From Eledone cirrhosa (Eukaryota), in NCBI GenBank assembly GCA_964016885.1, contig OZ024743.1:194928001-194992000 (forward strand): DNA of 64,000 bases, given 5' to 3'. The notes beneath the pieces were generated by a model, which did not search any database, had not been told where the DNA came from, and saw only the letters and a list, made by a program, of their open reading frames with translations. Shown piece after piece: positions 1 through 13,416 of this stretch (positions within the stretch are counted from its first letter, which is position 1; every line of letters starts with the position of its first letter). Both the position numbers and the translations under genes were made by a program.

Positions 1-188
1 TAATTGTTATTTTTCACACCAATGATATTTTTTCACTTGTCAGTTGTAGAATATGCCTGAAAAATAAATACAAAATACATATATTCGGTACGAATGTAAC
101 GTCTCCAGCGACCCCTATATATGTACACACACACGCATCTATATATACACATACGAATACATATATATGATTATATATCTATATATAT

Positions 189-339
189 AACAAAGGAATT
201 GTGGTAAGGAAACAGATGGACCATAACGCACCAGAGTACTCAATATTTAGGGTAGTAGAGTGGGAAAGAGGAAAAAGTATGCCCCCGACGGCAGAGCTAA
301 AGCCGTTTCGACGGCTATTTCTGGACTCAGTCCAGCTCG
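189..339 (-). mobile_element. Short non-coding (TA)n-embedded repeat, family A (probable PLE 3' end)
   Basis: Reverse complement of 59953-60090. Related copies at 2395, 4755, 17079 and 28823. All copies are flanked by TA-rich tracts. Confidence 0.75.
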
Positions 340-382
340 TATATATACTCATACGCTATATATCTATATATGTAGATATATA

Positions 383-467
<85 letters not shown>

Positions 468-487
468 ACATACATATATACACACAA

Positions 488-521
<34 letters not shown>

Positions 522-1005
522 TTATATATATATATATGCATATATATGGGATTGCGTAAAATTGCCTCCTGTGTTTTGTTTGTTTATATATGTAAGTAAG
601 CATGTACGTGCGTATATATATACATATATATTCTCACATAAGAAATATATACGTGTTATCACACATATGCCAACACATATGTTCGGGTGTAGATATTAGC
701 ACTACAGACTGGGTTATCAACACTTCGATAGCTCTCGAGTAAAATATTTTAGGCTTTTTCTTAAAAATATTTTTTTTCTGTATTGTAAAATCAATACATT
801 GGAAATCGAGTGGAGTTTCAGATCTATAAACTATTTGGTTTGGAACATTGTTGGTGTCATATTTTCATTACGAAAGAATAATTAGAAATATTTTCCCAAA
901 AGCACAAATCTTGAGATTTTCCATTTTCTATTTCACAATGTTCACAATAGATTAAAGCCAAGAACAACATCAACAGAAACTAAAGTATTCAAAATATATG
1001 TTCTA

Positions 1006-1194
1006 AAACTGCATGACTTTTCTCATAACCTGCTGTTATTGATGTAAATAATTAGATAGTTATGTATTTTTTGTTCCAGACAATAAGGTTCGATTTTTCA
1101 GTGGGATCTTTAAAGCAGAAAATTTGATTTAGCCTTATGGCCGCATTCATTATACGCTTTTGCTCGTAATTCAATAACAAATTCTTACTTTCTA
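1006..1194 (+). repeat. ~190-bp direct repeat, copy 1
   Basis: Near-identical to 2565-2753 (aaactgcatg...ttcttactttcta). Confidence 0.9.
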
Positions 1195-2168
1195 ACAATA
1201 TCGAACATTTTCACATAGATTAGAACTACATTCTAATTGAAATATCAGAAGATATAAAGAATATTATCGAAGGAAGGTTTCGAATATTAAATCATCGATG
1301 ATTTAACAATTTACAATGTATTTTTATTCTCTTTTAATCGTACAAAGCTCAGACATCTAAAGCTCAACAAAGGAGATTACAATTTACAATTGAAAACTCG
1401 TTATTAATCCAACCCATAACAGCAAAAGGAGAAAAGAAGAATATTTTCTATCAAAAGAAGGAAAGATGTAGGGGAAACATAGCAAAGAAAAATATCTGTC
1501 GGATAGCAAAGAAAAATATCTGTCGGAAATAAAAAAAAAACCGGAAAAGAGAGAATCTAAAACATAAATGTCTCAATAGCTTGACATGCAACATCAAGAC
1601 AACAAGTCTGCCCAGAAGCATAATTGTATTCTTGCAAGTACTAACCGCATTTGAATGTTATTTTTTGCATTGATAATGTCTAGATATGTATCGATATTCC
1701 TGTGAAACAAACAGCTGATTGCTTGATATTTTAAATAATATAACAATATAATAGAGAGGCTAACGCATAAAAACACAAGCACATTCATGTGTGCACAAAC
1801 ACGCACAAAAAGTATTTTGTATGTATAGACACTTACTTTCCGAGGCAGTCGTATGGGTAATAGAGTGACGTAAGGCATGTGTTGAGTATTTGAAACCAGG
1901 CGTAGCACATCTCTCTCCTGATTTTGACACAGTTGATTTCTTCCCGAGAAAGGAACTGAGAAATCCATATAGAGAAAGAACTAGATTGGTAATCTATATA
2001 TCGACACCGAAAGATACAAAGGCAAAGTTCACCCAGATTTGATTCTGTTAATTTTTTTACGTATCTAGATATATCTTGCGCGATTATCTCAACTATTTGT
2101 TATTGCCATCATTCATTAACATTATGGCCATATGCATTGAATGGAGACATCCCAACATACAAATGGGA

Positions 2169-2234
<66 letters not shown>

Positions 2235-2394
2235 AAAATAAGAAGTGCCGAAGAGGGCTCGATAAGGATATATATAATATATATAATAACCTGTAGAGCA
2301 AATATTTATTCCAAGAAAGTTCTAAAGTTTAAGCAGAGGGTGAAAGGAGCGGTTATTTGCTTAAACTTTAAAATCTGATCTTACAATATATATA

Positions 2395-2547
2395 TAGGAA
2401 AGTGTATGACCCCGACGGCAGAGCTCAAGCTGTTTCGACGGCTATTTCTGGATTCATACACTTTCCTATTACCCACTCTACTACCTTAATTATTGAGTAC
2501 TCTGGTGCGTTATGGTCCATCTGGTTCCTTACCACAACTCCTTCGTT
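2395..2547 (+). mobile_element. Family A copy with 5' inversion
   Basis: Antisense segment taggaaagtgtatgacccc...ctgga, then the sense 3' part ending ccttcgtt-(TA)n. Confidence 0.75.
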
Positions 2548-2564
2548 ATATATATATATATTAT

Positions 2565-2753
2565 AAACTGCATGGCTTTTCTCATAACCTGCTGTTATTG
2601 ATGTAAATAATTAGATAGTTATGTATTTTTTGTTCCAGACAATAAGGTTCTATTTTTCAGTGGGATCTTTAAAGCAGAACATTTGATTTAGCCTTATGGT
2701 CGCATTCATTATATGCCTTTGCTCGTAATTCAATAACACATTCTTACTTTCTA
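2565..2753 (+). repeat. ~190-bp direct repeat, copy 2, between TA tracts
   Basis: Matches 1006-1194 with few substitutions. Confidence 0.9.
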
Positions 2754-2876
2754 TATATATATCTAGTTCGCTACACAATAAAAATCTAAGTACATGGAAA
2801 CGAAAACATATACACTTTGCCTGTGCATAGTGCTTGTTTTAGTACCACCACCAGTAATTCACTGAATCACCTACAC

Positions 2877-2907
<31 letters not shown>

Positions 2908-3778
2908 ACGTACGTATTTGGTGCGTGCATTTGTGTGTGTGAGTGTACGTACGTATTTGTGTGCGTGCATTTGTGTGTGTGAGTGTGAGTGTCCGGGCTT
3001 GTATTATAAATCTAAGCAACAACATATAAAGGAAGTACCTAATGTCTTTGAGTGCTACACTATTATGATAAACATGATCTTTATAAATAGTGTTGTTCTT
3101 TAAAATAAGAACATGAGCTTCGTGATGAAAATACTGTTTGGACTGAAAGAGCATTGAACAAAATATTGTCAATAGGATATTTCTAAATGTCGAGTATAAT
3201 ACATATTTTGGGATTTACAATAAGAAAGCAACATTAAATCGACATAAAATGATATTTTCAGAGGAATATCATAAATAATTAAGGTGATACGTAATAAATA
3301 CTGAGGAAAGCTCCTTAAGTAGCAGTGTTTCGATCTTACTGAGTTTTTTTTTTTTACGAAATTCATTCTTGACGCATAATATGTGACACCGCATTGGATA
3401 TAACTACGTGTACGAGTAATAATCAAAAACATTACTTCAATGTATTATAAACCTATCGAAATTAAAATTGTGCCTAACATACTCAAAATAGATCGATGAA
3501 AACTACGTAAATAATGGCAAAATGTTTAGCAGTAAAATAAGATTCTTAGACTATTGATTGGGAAGAGATTGTAATGAAGAAGGAATAACGTGGGTGTTAC
3601 AATATATTGTATTTTAATCTGGAGTCAATAACAAATGTCCTGAGTATCACGCTATGGCAAACGAGGTAACATTTCAGATACATTAGAGCATAAACATAAT
3701 ATAATGTAGCTTGGAAAATAGGATGGTACCCAAGTTAGTTTTGCAAACACGAATTTCCTGAATTAATAACATAATACC

Positions 3779-3845
<67 letters not shown>

Positions 3846-4110
3846 TTTGAGTATATGTTGGTTGTATTCCAACACCTCAGTATGCAGACTGGAGCACTCG
3901 ACGAAATGCGCAGGTTGGTTTGGTTACTCCGGAGTAATGTAAAATAAAGTTAAATAAAAAGTCAAATGTTTAAAATTTAGCTGTGACCTCTTCAGGCAGT
4001 CCGAATTAGTGTGGTATAGACAAGTACATATGTTGTTGAGGTGTATAATTTTGTCAATACTCTGATATGCCCAGTTCCTGGTTGGGTTGTTATTTCACTG
4101 AGGAACTGGA

Positions 4111-4177
<67 letters not shown>

Positions 4178-4180
<3 letters not shown>

Positions 4181-4739
4181 GATAAATCTACCAAGAGTTT
4201 ACGGTAGTGTCCAATCCGTATGAAGAACTCAATGTAATCCGGATATCATGGAAAGAAGAGATGCAATGAAAAATCACTTTCGGTGAAAGATAAACGGAAT
4301 ACAGAGTCAAGATAAAATATTAAAAAAATAATGAATAAAACAATGAAACAGTTCCTTATATTAAACAAAAAAAGTTCATTATTTAACGATCGTTTCTAGG
4401 ATATATATGTGTTAGAATTGGCATGCATATTCAACAGATCTATGTACAAAATTATAGAAAATTATACAAACTATCAAAATTAAATATACATACCAACACA
4501 TATATATGCCGTCTTCAGAAATAATATTATTTCTGAAGACGGCATATATATGTGTTGGTATGTATATTTAATTTTGATAGTTTGTATAATTTTCTATAAT
4601 TTTGTACATAGATCTGTTGAATATGCATGCCAATTCTAACACATATATATCCTAGAAACGATCGTTAAATAATGAACTTTTTTTGTTTAATATAAGGAAC
4701 TGTTTCATTGTTTTATTCATTATTTTTTTAATATTTTAT
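4178..4739 (-). mobile_element. Non-coding PLE-like fold-back insertion (family B) in (TA)n
   Basis: Palindrome 4312-4525/4526-4739 plus a unique tail 4178-4311. 4178-4525 is near-identical to 55965-56312. Confidence 0.85.
4526..4673 (+). ncRNA. Type I hammerhead ribozyme motif with long helix II (mirror copy 4378-4525 on minus strand)
   Basis: attattt-CTGAAGA-[atatatatgtgtt...aacacatatatat]-GAAA-cgatcg-TT-aaataat. Helix I pairs 7 bp. Helix III is palindromic. Confidence 0.75.
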
Positions 4740-4754
4740 ATATATATATATATA

Positions 4755-4865
4755 TAGGAACGAGTAGGACCCCGACGGCTCGTTCCTATTACCTTCTCTA
4801 CTACCCTAAGTATTGAGTACTTTAGTGCGTTATGGTCCATCTGGTTCCTTACCACATTTCCTTCG

Positions 4866-4867
<2 letters not shown>
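4755..4867 (+). mobile_element. Family A copy with short 5' inversion
   Basis: taggaacgagtaggaccccgacgg (antisense), then ctcgttcctattacc...ccttcgtt-(TA)n. Confidence 0.75.
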
Positions 4868-4952
<85 letters not shown>

Positions 4953-4967
4953 ATATGTATATATATA

Positions 4968-5413
4968 TGTCACGCCGACAGCCATTGCTGACACCCCAAA
5001 TGTCACACCAGTGCTGCTGTTGAATGTCAGAGGTCTGGTGAAACTCACTAACATGAGTAAAATTTCGTACCTGGGACACTTAGCCATAAGCAATCAAGCA
5101 TTATGCATGGCACTAACCGAAACGAACCTGACAAGCAGTATAGCAGATGCGGAAATACATATACCAAAATATACTGGAATTTGTGCGTACAGGAAGGAGA
5201 GAACTCGTGGTGGGGTTGCTCTGTATATCCGTGAAGATGTCACACCAATTGTACTGTTTACACATTCAAACTCAGTCTGTAACACACTGATAGTACATAT
5301 GAACCAACTAAAGACGGTAATATGTGTCACATATCGGCCACCCGATGCACCAGACATGAGACTAAATTTGAAGATAGCCTCAGTAGGATAGACGAGGTCC
5401 TGGACAAACTGGA
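4968..5413 (+). pseudogene. LINE (CR1/L2-type) apurinic endonuclease fragment
   Basis: ORF 4813-5391 contains LLNVRGL, LTETNL, RKERTRGGVALYI and VTYRPP, which are typical LINE APE motifs. Frameshifted near 5355. Confidence 0.8.
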
Positions 5414-7472
5414 CCAGTCATGTCGCGGTTATGCTGGTTTCGTCTGTAGAGGCTGTTGCCAGCACTACTGGATGCTGCCAGGGAGTCGTTAAGGCTGATA
5501 TAGTTATTGTCAGGTGTAGGTGCGCCTGTGCTAATGTGCTGTATCTTGGTCATCTTACTGTGATTAGTTTTTCCTATGATGTCTGCTAGGTTAGGAGTAG
5601 TAGAGAAGGATATTTTTATATTGTTCCTATTAAGGATTTTTCTATACCTATGGTTGGGTGGGAAGTTCTTCTCTAAGGCTTCGAAGAATATCCGGGGTAT
5701 GTTGGAGGCTACACTCCGGGAGTAGGGGGGATGGAACCATAGCACGTTAAGGTGGCGATTGCGTATCCTTGTACGTTTGCTACGGGTAGTGCCATCAGGG
5801 TGACCGTTCTTATGCATGTTAATGCGCTGTAGCCCGTTACGTGCCCCTTTCACTTTATGCTCGGGTGAACTCTTCTTCCTTCTGCTATGTTTATGTAGAG
5901 GAAGTTGTTGGTTGGAAGGCGTTGCAACCAACATCTTCCTCTACATAAACATAGCAGAATGAAGAAGAGTGCACCCGAGCATAAATTGAAAGGGGCACGT
6001 AACGGGCTACAGCGCATTAACATGCATAAGAACGGTCACCCTGATGGCACTACCCGTAGCAAACGTACAAGGACACGTAATCGCCACCGTAACGTCCTAT
6101 GGTTCCATCCCGACTACTCCCGGAGTGTGGCCTCCAACATACCCGGATATTCTTCGAAGCCTTAGAGAAGGACTTCCCACCCAACCATAGGTATAGAAAA
6201 ATCCTTAATAGGAACAATATAAACATATCCTTATCTACTACTCCTAACCTAGCAGACATCATAAGAAAAACTAATCACAGTAAGATGACCAATACACAGC
6301 ACATTAGCACAGACGCACCTACACCTACCAATAACTATATCAGCCTTAACGACTCCCTAGCAGCATCCAATAGTGCTGGCAACAGCCTCTACAGACGCAA
6401 CCAGCATAACGGCGACATGACTGGGGAATATGCAGGACATGACGTGCGGAATAATAATGGTACCACCCCGCGCACAGTGGGTTATAATGGTGCTAATGAC
6501 AGGTGTGGAAGCGTAGGTAACAACGAAGACAGCAATAATGATAGCCTTACCGTGGGAATTAGAAGGGACCGCGACCGAAATTGCAACTGCCGCGAAAGGG
6601 GACGCTGCCCCCTTAGAGGATACTGCTTGACTGATATAGGTGCACTGTAACTAGCCACAATAGCGTTAACCATTATATAGGGGCTACCTCTGGCCCGTTC
6701 AAAATTAGATTTCGAACACATCTCCACTCTTTGACAAATAAGAAATTAAGACACTCCACTTCGCTCGCGGATTACATCACATCATTAACAGACTCAACCA
6801 TCAGCTTCTCCACGCACAGGGAAATTGTCGGCAGGGCTGCACCGTACAACATCAAGAGGAAGTGCGATCTTTGCCAGATGGAGCTCTACCACATCATAAC
6901 AGCACCCCACGAGCTCATCAACAGCAGAGCTGAAACGACGATAAGCTGTATACATCGCTTAAAAAATATCCTTCTTCATATGGGATAAGGACCAGGAGCG
7001 AAACCGTATGCCGGGTCTCCCTGCGACAAGCTTTAACACCCCGGCGAGCAAGCGCTGCAAAAAACATCCGGAAACTAACCATGCATCCCAGACCCGGCTT
7101 CAAATGACCCAGGCGGATAGGTGCAGAAAAACAAATGTCTCAAAACAAACGTTGCATACCTGACACTGAGCGTATCGACAATGGTAAGGTTGTAACCACA
7201 TCTTGTAAGGATAAAAAATGTGTCCAGGAAAGACTGCCCTAACACAGGCCAGAGTTACCTCCCTTAACCTACTGCAAAATCAAAACACGCTTTTTTTGCG
7301 AAGAATGAATTTGATGACGTGAAGTTATCTCCAAAAACACTTTCCGGGCCATATAAGGAACACTATTCAGTTATTTATGACCTTGAGAAGCCCATCTGGG
7401 CGAAACGTACGTAGGTGCTGTTTTAAATAAACATGTTGTAACGGTCTGTTCTCATATTTCTTATTTTTCCAC

Positions 7473-7473
<1 letters not shown>
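5414..7473 (+). mobile_element. 5'-truncated Penelope-like element with ~500-bp 5' inverted duplication (linker + GIY-YIG remnant)
   Basis: LWFHP, FPPNHRYRKILNRN, CNC...CPLRGYCL, HYIGATSG (frameshifted) and KCDLCQMELYHI motifs. Diverged inverted arms 5414-~5915 and ~5922-6424. Ends at (TA)n. Confidence 0.88.
7380..7416 (+). ncRNA. Minimal hammerhead motif, U3-A8 core variant, in PLE 3' region
   Basis: acc-TTGAGAA-gccc atct gggc-GAAA-cgtacg-TA-ggt. Confidence 0.7.
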
Positions 7474-8187
<714 letters not shown>

Positions 8188-9389
8188 CAGGATAGAGGGA
8201 TATGTGAATGTGTTGAAGTGTGCGTGCGTATGTATGCAATTGGTACAATAATTTGGTGAAGTCATACTTATATTGCGGATATTTCCATTCAATACATTTC
8301 ATGTGCAGCAGTCTTACGAGTATGGAATTGAATTCTTATAATGTCAATTTGGCGCCACTTCAATTTATGTGTGATGTTTCTAATGGGAGGAAATTTTCCA
8401 ATCAAACCTTCAAAATGATTGTTTTAGATTGATGAGTGTATAGATTTATTTTACAAATATTATTTTAATAATTTTACATGTTTGTTACAATATCAATAAA
8501 CATCGAATATTTATTTGTTTATGTAATAGCATTAATTTTATTTAGTTTTTCGATTTAGAATCATGTAAGTTCGTTTAGCACTTAAAGAAATCATTCAGGA
8601 AGCAATTCGCTCATGCTGAAATATTCCGTTGGCATGATTAATGGTTTGGGTCTATGTTTGGGAGACGAATGATTCGTGTAATTTCATCAAAAGTGAATTA
8701 AATTTGTCTCAAAAAATGTTTTAAATTATTACATTGTGATGTATTTTGCAACATTACATCGATGACTCTAATTAATTTAAGATATTTTTCTTGTCGATTT
8801 TAATTTATTTATGCTGTTGGGGCAGTGAGCGTTTTATTTGCTAACGAATTTGTTGAAAACAAATATTTTAGTATCATTCTATGTTTATTTTGTATCGTTT
8901 TCATTTTAATGTATATATAACTCGTTACATTTTTGTATGACTGGCTCTGCTTTATATGAATGAATAGATTCATTCCGTTAATACGGAAAGGAAACCAAAG
9001 TACCGTATCTGAATAATTGTTCCCTGAATTTAAACGTGCACTAATGTATTTTCAGTTGCATGCTGTTACTTAAAATACACTGTTGTCTAATTATATACCT
9101 ATCCATGTGTATCCTGATATTTTTATAATTTTGATTAACTTGTAAGTATAAATATAAATATATATGTAAATATATATATATGTGAATATATATATATACA
9201 CACACAGACATTTATATATATGTGTATATATACATATATTAAGTAAGAATATTTTCGAAACAGCAAGTGGGTTTGAAATTATTAGAAATGTTAGCTATCG
9301 CCGTATTTTGACTAAAGAAATTAAAGAAATTATTTAGCCTGATAGTGGGGTTAAGAACCCTCGGAGAAATGGAAAAGATGGGTATTGAC

Positions 9390-9428
<39 letters not shown>

Positions 9429-9724
9429 GAAACACACAGATACATGCGGACACACACATATATACATGAATGCATCCGCACCCAACTGTGAGTTAAGGGT
9501 GCCAACTTCACCGATGTTGCTCAATGAATGACTGGGACAGACCAATTCAGTTTGAACGGCCTCGATATGAATACCCCCTCCGCCTCCGTGGTATTTTCTT
9601 CGTGGTTATAAGAGGCTTAGCTCTGTTTCTCGACCGTTATATCGCGTGACTATCTCCCCCTCCGCCTTTTGGGATTCTTTCTCACGTCGTGTAGACGCGT
9701 TCTTGAGACTAGTAAAATGAGGTA

Positions 9725-9812
9725 TCCTCTTGATAAGTTGGCAGACCTCGCAAGGACTCTATATCTTTGATATATTGTTTTTGTTTATGCCACGAAACTA
9801 CGTAGTCGAGGA
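9725..9812 (+). ncRNA. Hammerhead ribozyme motif, U3-A8 variant (copy 1)
   Basis: tcctc-TTGATAA-gttggca...tgccac-GAAA-ctacgtag-TC-gagga. Predicted cleavage after 9807. Confidence 0.8.
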
Positions 9813-10312
9813 ATTTAGGAGCAGTTTAGGTATGATACATTTTATTACTAATTATATCTAAATGTTTCTTCTCTCTTCATAATGTATTTTTAACTCTGAT
9901 ACTGGTTCAGTCTGGTTCAAACTGAATTGGTCTGTCCCAGTCATTCATTGAGCAACATCGGTGAAGTTGGCACCCTTAACTCACAGTTGGGTGCGGATGC
10001 ATTCATGTATATATGTGTGTGTCCGCATGTATCTGTGTGTTTCTAAATATATTAACTCCCTCTGGTCGAGCAATCTTTGAAGTGTGGGGAAAACTGGAAA
10101 GCTTCCATTACTCATACTTCTCGCCTTCTTCACTACCTCTTCTACGGCCTCGATATGAATACCCCCTCCGCCTCCGTGGTATTTTCTTCGTGGTTATAAG
10201 AGGCTTAGCTCTGTTTCTCGACCGTTATATCACGTGACTATCTCCCCCTCCGCCTTTTGGGATTCTTTCTCACGTCGTGTAGACGCGTTCTTGAGACTAG
10301 TAAAATGAGGTA

Positions 10313-10400
10313 TCCTCTTGATAAGTTGGCAGACCTCGCAAGGACTCTATATCTTTGATATATTGTTTTTGTTTATGCCACGAAACTACGTAGTCGAGGA
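10313..10400 (+). ncRNA. Hammerhead ribozyme motif, U3-A8 variant (copy 2)
   Basis: Same motif as copy 1. Predicted cleavage after 10395. Confidence 0.8.
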
Positions 10401-10469
10401 ATTTAGGAGCAGTTTAGGTATGATACATTTTATTACTAATTATATCTAAATGTTTCTTCTCTCTTCATA

Positions 10470-10509
<40 letters not shown>

Positions 10510-10511
<2 letters not shown>

Positions 10512-10972
10512 GGAAAGTTATATTTAAATTGTTGGGTTACAACTAGTAAATATTTATAACTGATATCAAAGCACTCAACAAGTATTTGGAGTATATTTAC
10601 GATATTAAATAAATGGAAACTATATTTATAAAACCATATTTATTTCATTATATATATTTCAGGGATATCATATTAACAATATGTTATGCCTTCTTCAGAC
10701 AAAATACAATATAGACAGTTTTATAAATAAATAGATTTGACATACCGTTCAACATCGACTTGTATTTGAAAAGTTGATTTGGCAGTGCCAAATCAACTTT
10801 TCAAATACAAGTCGATGTTGAACGGTATGTCAAATCTATTTATTTATAAAACTGTCTATATTGTATTTTGTCTGAAGAAGGCATAACATATTGTTAATAT
10901 GATATCCCTGAAATATATATAATGAAATAAATATGGTTTTATAAATATAGTTTCCATTTATTTAATATCGTA
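10510..10972 (-). mobile_element. Non-coding PLE-like fold-back insertion (family C)
   Basis: Palindrome 10598-10972 centred at 10785 (ggca-g-tgcc), plus a unique tail 10510-10597. TA-flanked. Confidence 0.8.
10864..10929 (+). ncRNA. Hammerhead ribozyme motif (mirror copy 10641-10706 on minus strand)
   Basis: tattttgt-CTGAAGA-agg..catatt gtt aatatg..cct-GAAA-tatata-TA-atgaaata. Confidence 0.72.
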
Positions 10973-11125
10973 TATATATATATATATATATATATTTACA
11001 TATGTATATATATATATATATATTTGTGGAAAGGTTCTATTAATCCAGTATTTAGATTTAGAGTTACATCTAGAAAATTTACCTTCTTATGGTTTAGTTC
11101 GTAGGTAATACTTAGGCCTAGTTTT

Positions 11126-12379
11126 TTGAAGAAACTAGGCCTAAGTATTACCTACGAACTAAACCATAAGAAGGTAAATTTTCTAGATGTAACTCTAAAT
11201 CTAAATACTGGATTAATAGAACCTTTCCACAAAAATAATGAAAATCTTGCCTACATTAGTTACAACTCAAATCACCCCAAATCCATAATTAAATCCATAG
11301 CACGTAGTATATCCCTCCGAATATCCCGCCTATCCTCAAACCTAGAAATCTTTAACGAGCATGCTGACTATTATAATGCAGCATTAAGTAGGGCCGGTCA
11401 TAAAGATAAACTACAGTATATAGTGAATAAGAACAACATAAACAATCCTAGTAATTTCTACTCCAACCGCTCACATAATAATAGGAATAGCTTGACTAGA
11501 CATAGGGTTAGACATGTAACACCTAGAGTAAACGGCCAAAACACTAATAACGTAAACCCTAGAAACAATAGAAGAAACAGACAAAGAAAATACCTATGGT
11601 TCAACCCAATATTCAACTCCTCTATAAAAACTAGACTGCCCTCTACATTCTTTAAACTAATAGATAAACACTTCCCTATCTCGCATAGATATCACAAAAT
11701 ACTCAATAGATCTACTATAAAACTCTCTTTCTCAACAGCAGCTAACATAGAATCACACATACGCAAGATCAACCACAGAAATATCTCAAGTAAATCAATT
11801 GCACCTATACATAAGCACAAACTCATCACAACATCACAACCACAAGCGCATTCAAACGCGCAGCCGCAAAACCCCATGGGGCATATATCACAACCCATTT
11901 ATAACAGGGTACTAAATAGGAATGTAAAAGCTGCACAAAATAGCGCCTCAAACTGCAACTGTCACCTCCCAGATAGGTGCCCATTGGCGAACAGATGTCT
12001 CGATTCGAGCCTGGTGTACATGTGCACTGTCATCTCGGGTAACTCCACCTGGAATTACATAGGATCCACCGCGGGTTCTTTTAAGAAAAGATGGTATGTG
12101 CACAGGCACTCAATGAAAAATGGAGCACTTATGGGTTCCACCACCCTCGCCAGAAAAATATGGGAATTGAAGGACAGCAACGCTAGCTACACTATCAACT
12201 GGTCGAAGTTGTCGGCTGCTAAAACCTATAGTACAGGGATGTCCTATTGCGGGCTGTGTGATCTTGAGCTATTGTATATCCTTAGAAATGTTAAAAGGCT
12301 ACTTAATAATAAGTTAGAAAGATCTATCTTCTGCAGACATAGAATAGCCACTAAATTCATAAGATTCAAACCTCCGTGA
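11126..12379 (+). CDS. PLE polyprotein C-terminal part (RT thumb + linker + GIY-YIG endonuclease), open but 5'-truncated
   Basis: VNFLDVTLNL, SNHP, WFNP, CNC..CPL..CL, YIGST and CGLCDLE..I motifs. 417 aa without stops. Confidence 0.9.
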   Translation: MKKLGLSITYELNHKKVNFLDVTLNLNTGLIEPFHKNNENLAYISYNSNHPKSIIKSIARSISLRISRLSSNLEIFNEHADYYNAALSRAGHKDKLQYIVNKNNINNPSNFYSNRSHNNRNSLTRHRVRHVTPRVNGQNTNNVNPRNNRRNRQRKYLWFNPIFNSSIKTRLPSTFFKLIDKHFPISHRYHKILNRSTIKLSFSTAANIESHIRKINHRNISSKSIAPIHKHKLITTSQPQAHSNAQPQNPMGHISQPIYNRVLNRNVKAAQNSASNCNCHLPDRCPLANRCLDSSLVYMCTVISGNSTWNYIGSTAGSFKKRWYVHRHSMKNGALMGSTTLARKIWELKDSNASYTINWSKLSAAKTYSTGMSYCGLCDLELLYILRNVKRLLNNKLERSIFCRHRIATKFIRFKPP

Positions 12380-12707
12380 ATCGAACCAACATAACATAGC
12401 TTTAAATTAGGATACCTACTACCCACAGAAATATATTCATTAAGTATACTATTTCCTTCACAAGTCTATACCACACAATTGTCTGTGAATACCTCATCTA
12501 CCAACAATCTTACTCCTTCTCAGCTGCTGCAATAATTTGATCCTAGATCCTAGTTTTTCTCATTTCTCTACTACAATGTTACTTTACCTTCTTTTTGCCA
12601 TAACTACAATTAGCACGCTTTTCTCTTTGCATGTATGTATATTTTTGTACGAGTGTATATTGATGTGTATGTATGTGTCTATGTACACATATATGTGTAT
12701 ATATATT

Positions 12708-12819
<112 letters not shown>

Positions 12820-13179
12820 TAGATATATGCGTATATTAATTCGTTAACCTCTGTATTAACTCTACAACTATTGAGCTTTGACAGTGGTCCCACTCATGTA
12901 TACTGTTGAAGATGAAGAGAAAGACTGTAAAAACTAGCTTATCTTTATAATTTAAAATTGATACACACTACGATACTTTTTGCCTTATGACAGCTGATTT
13001 TCACGCCGTAACATTAGATACATTATATACCCCCCACCTAAGTAATGTCAGGGTCTCCTTAAATAGTTTATTGATAGCATTGTTGTAATAATTGTTGTTG
13101 TTATTGTTCTAATTGAATGCCATAACTACTCCATATTTTCTTTTCTTTTCTTGCCTGTGTATTTTCTTCATTCTCGCAT

Positions 13180-13285
13180 GCTCCGAAGATCTGACTGGTT
13201 ATAATTCTGTATTGACGATCGAGTGACGCAAAATTAGGCGGATAGCGATCTCTAGACAGACCAGTTCAGTGAAACAAATGTAAGC
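13180..13285 (+). ncRNA. Hammerhead-like motif (U4C) with ~80-nt helix II
   Basis: gct-CCGAAGA-tctgactggt...accagttcagt-GAAA-caaatg-TA-agc, near the PLE 3' end. Confidence 0.6.
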
Positions 13286-13334
13286 TATGTGATTAAAAAC
13301 TTTTTTGTATAGCAAACCATGTAAACCTTCTTTC

Positions 13335-13375
<41 letters not shown>

Positions 13376-13416
13376 ATAATAATAAAATTGAAGACTAAAA
13401 TCCAGAGAGGGCTCGA

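Larger units (their letters stand above)
9420..10475 (+). mobile_element. Retrozyme-like non-autonomous element: two 332-bp direct repeats (588-bp period), each with an HHR, plus a 5' inverted segment
   Basis: 9556-9887 matches 10144-10475. 9420-9557 is the reverse complement of 9915-10052. Flanked by (TA)n. Confidence 0.85.

Noticed and set aside
3960-4000. Minus-strand CTGAAGA followed by a hairpin in the TA/GA-flanked segment 3845-4113
   Set aside because: No GAAA box or helix I partner found.
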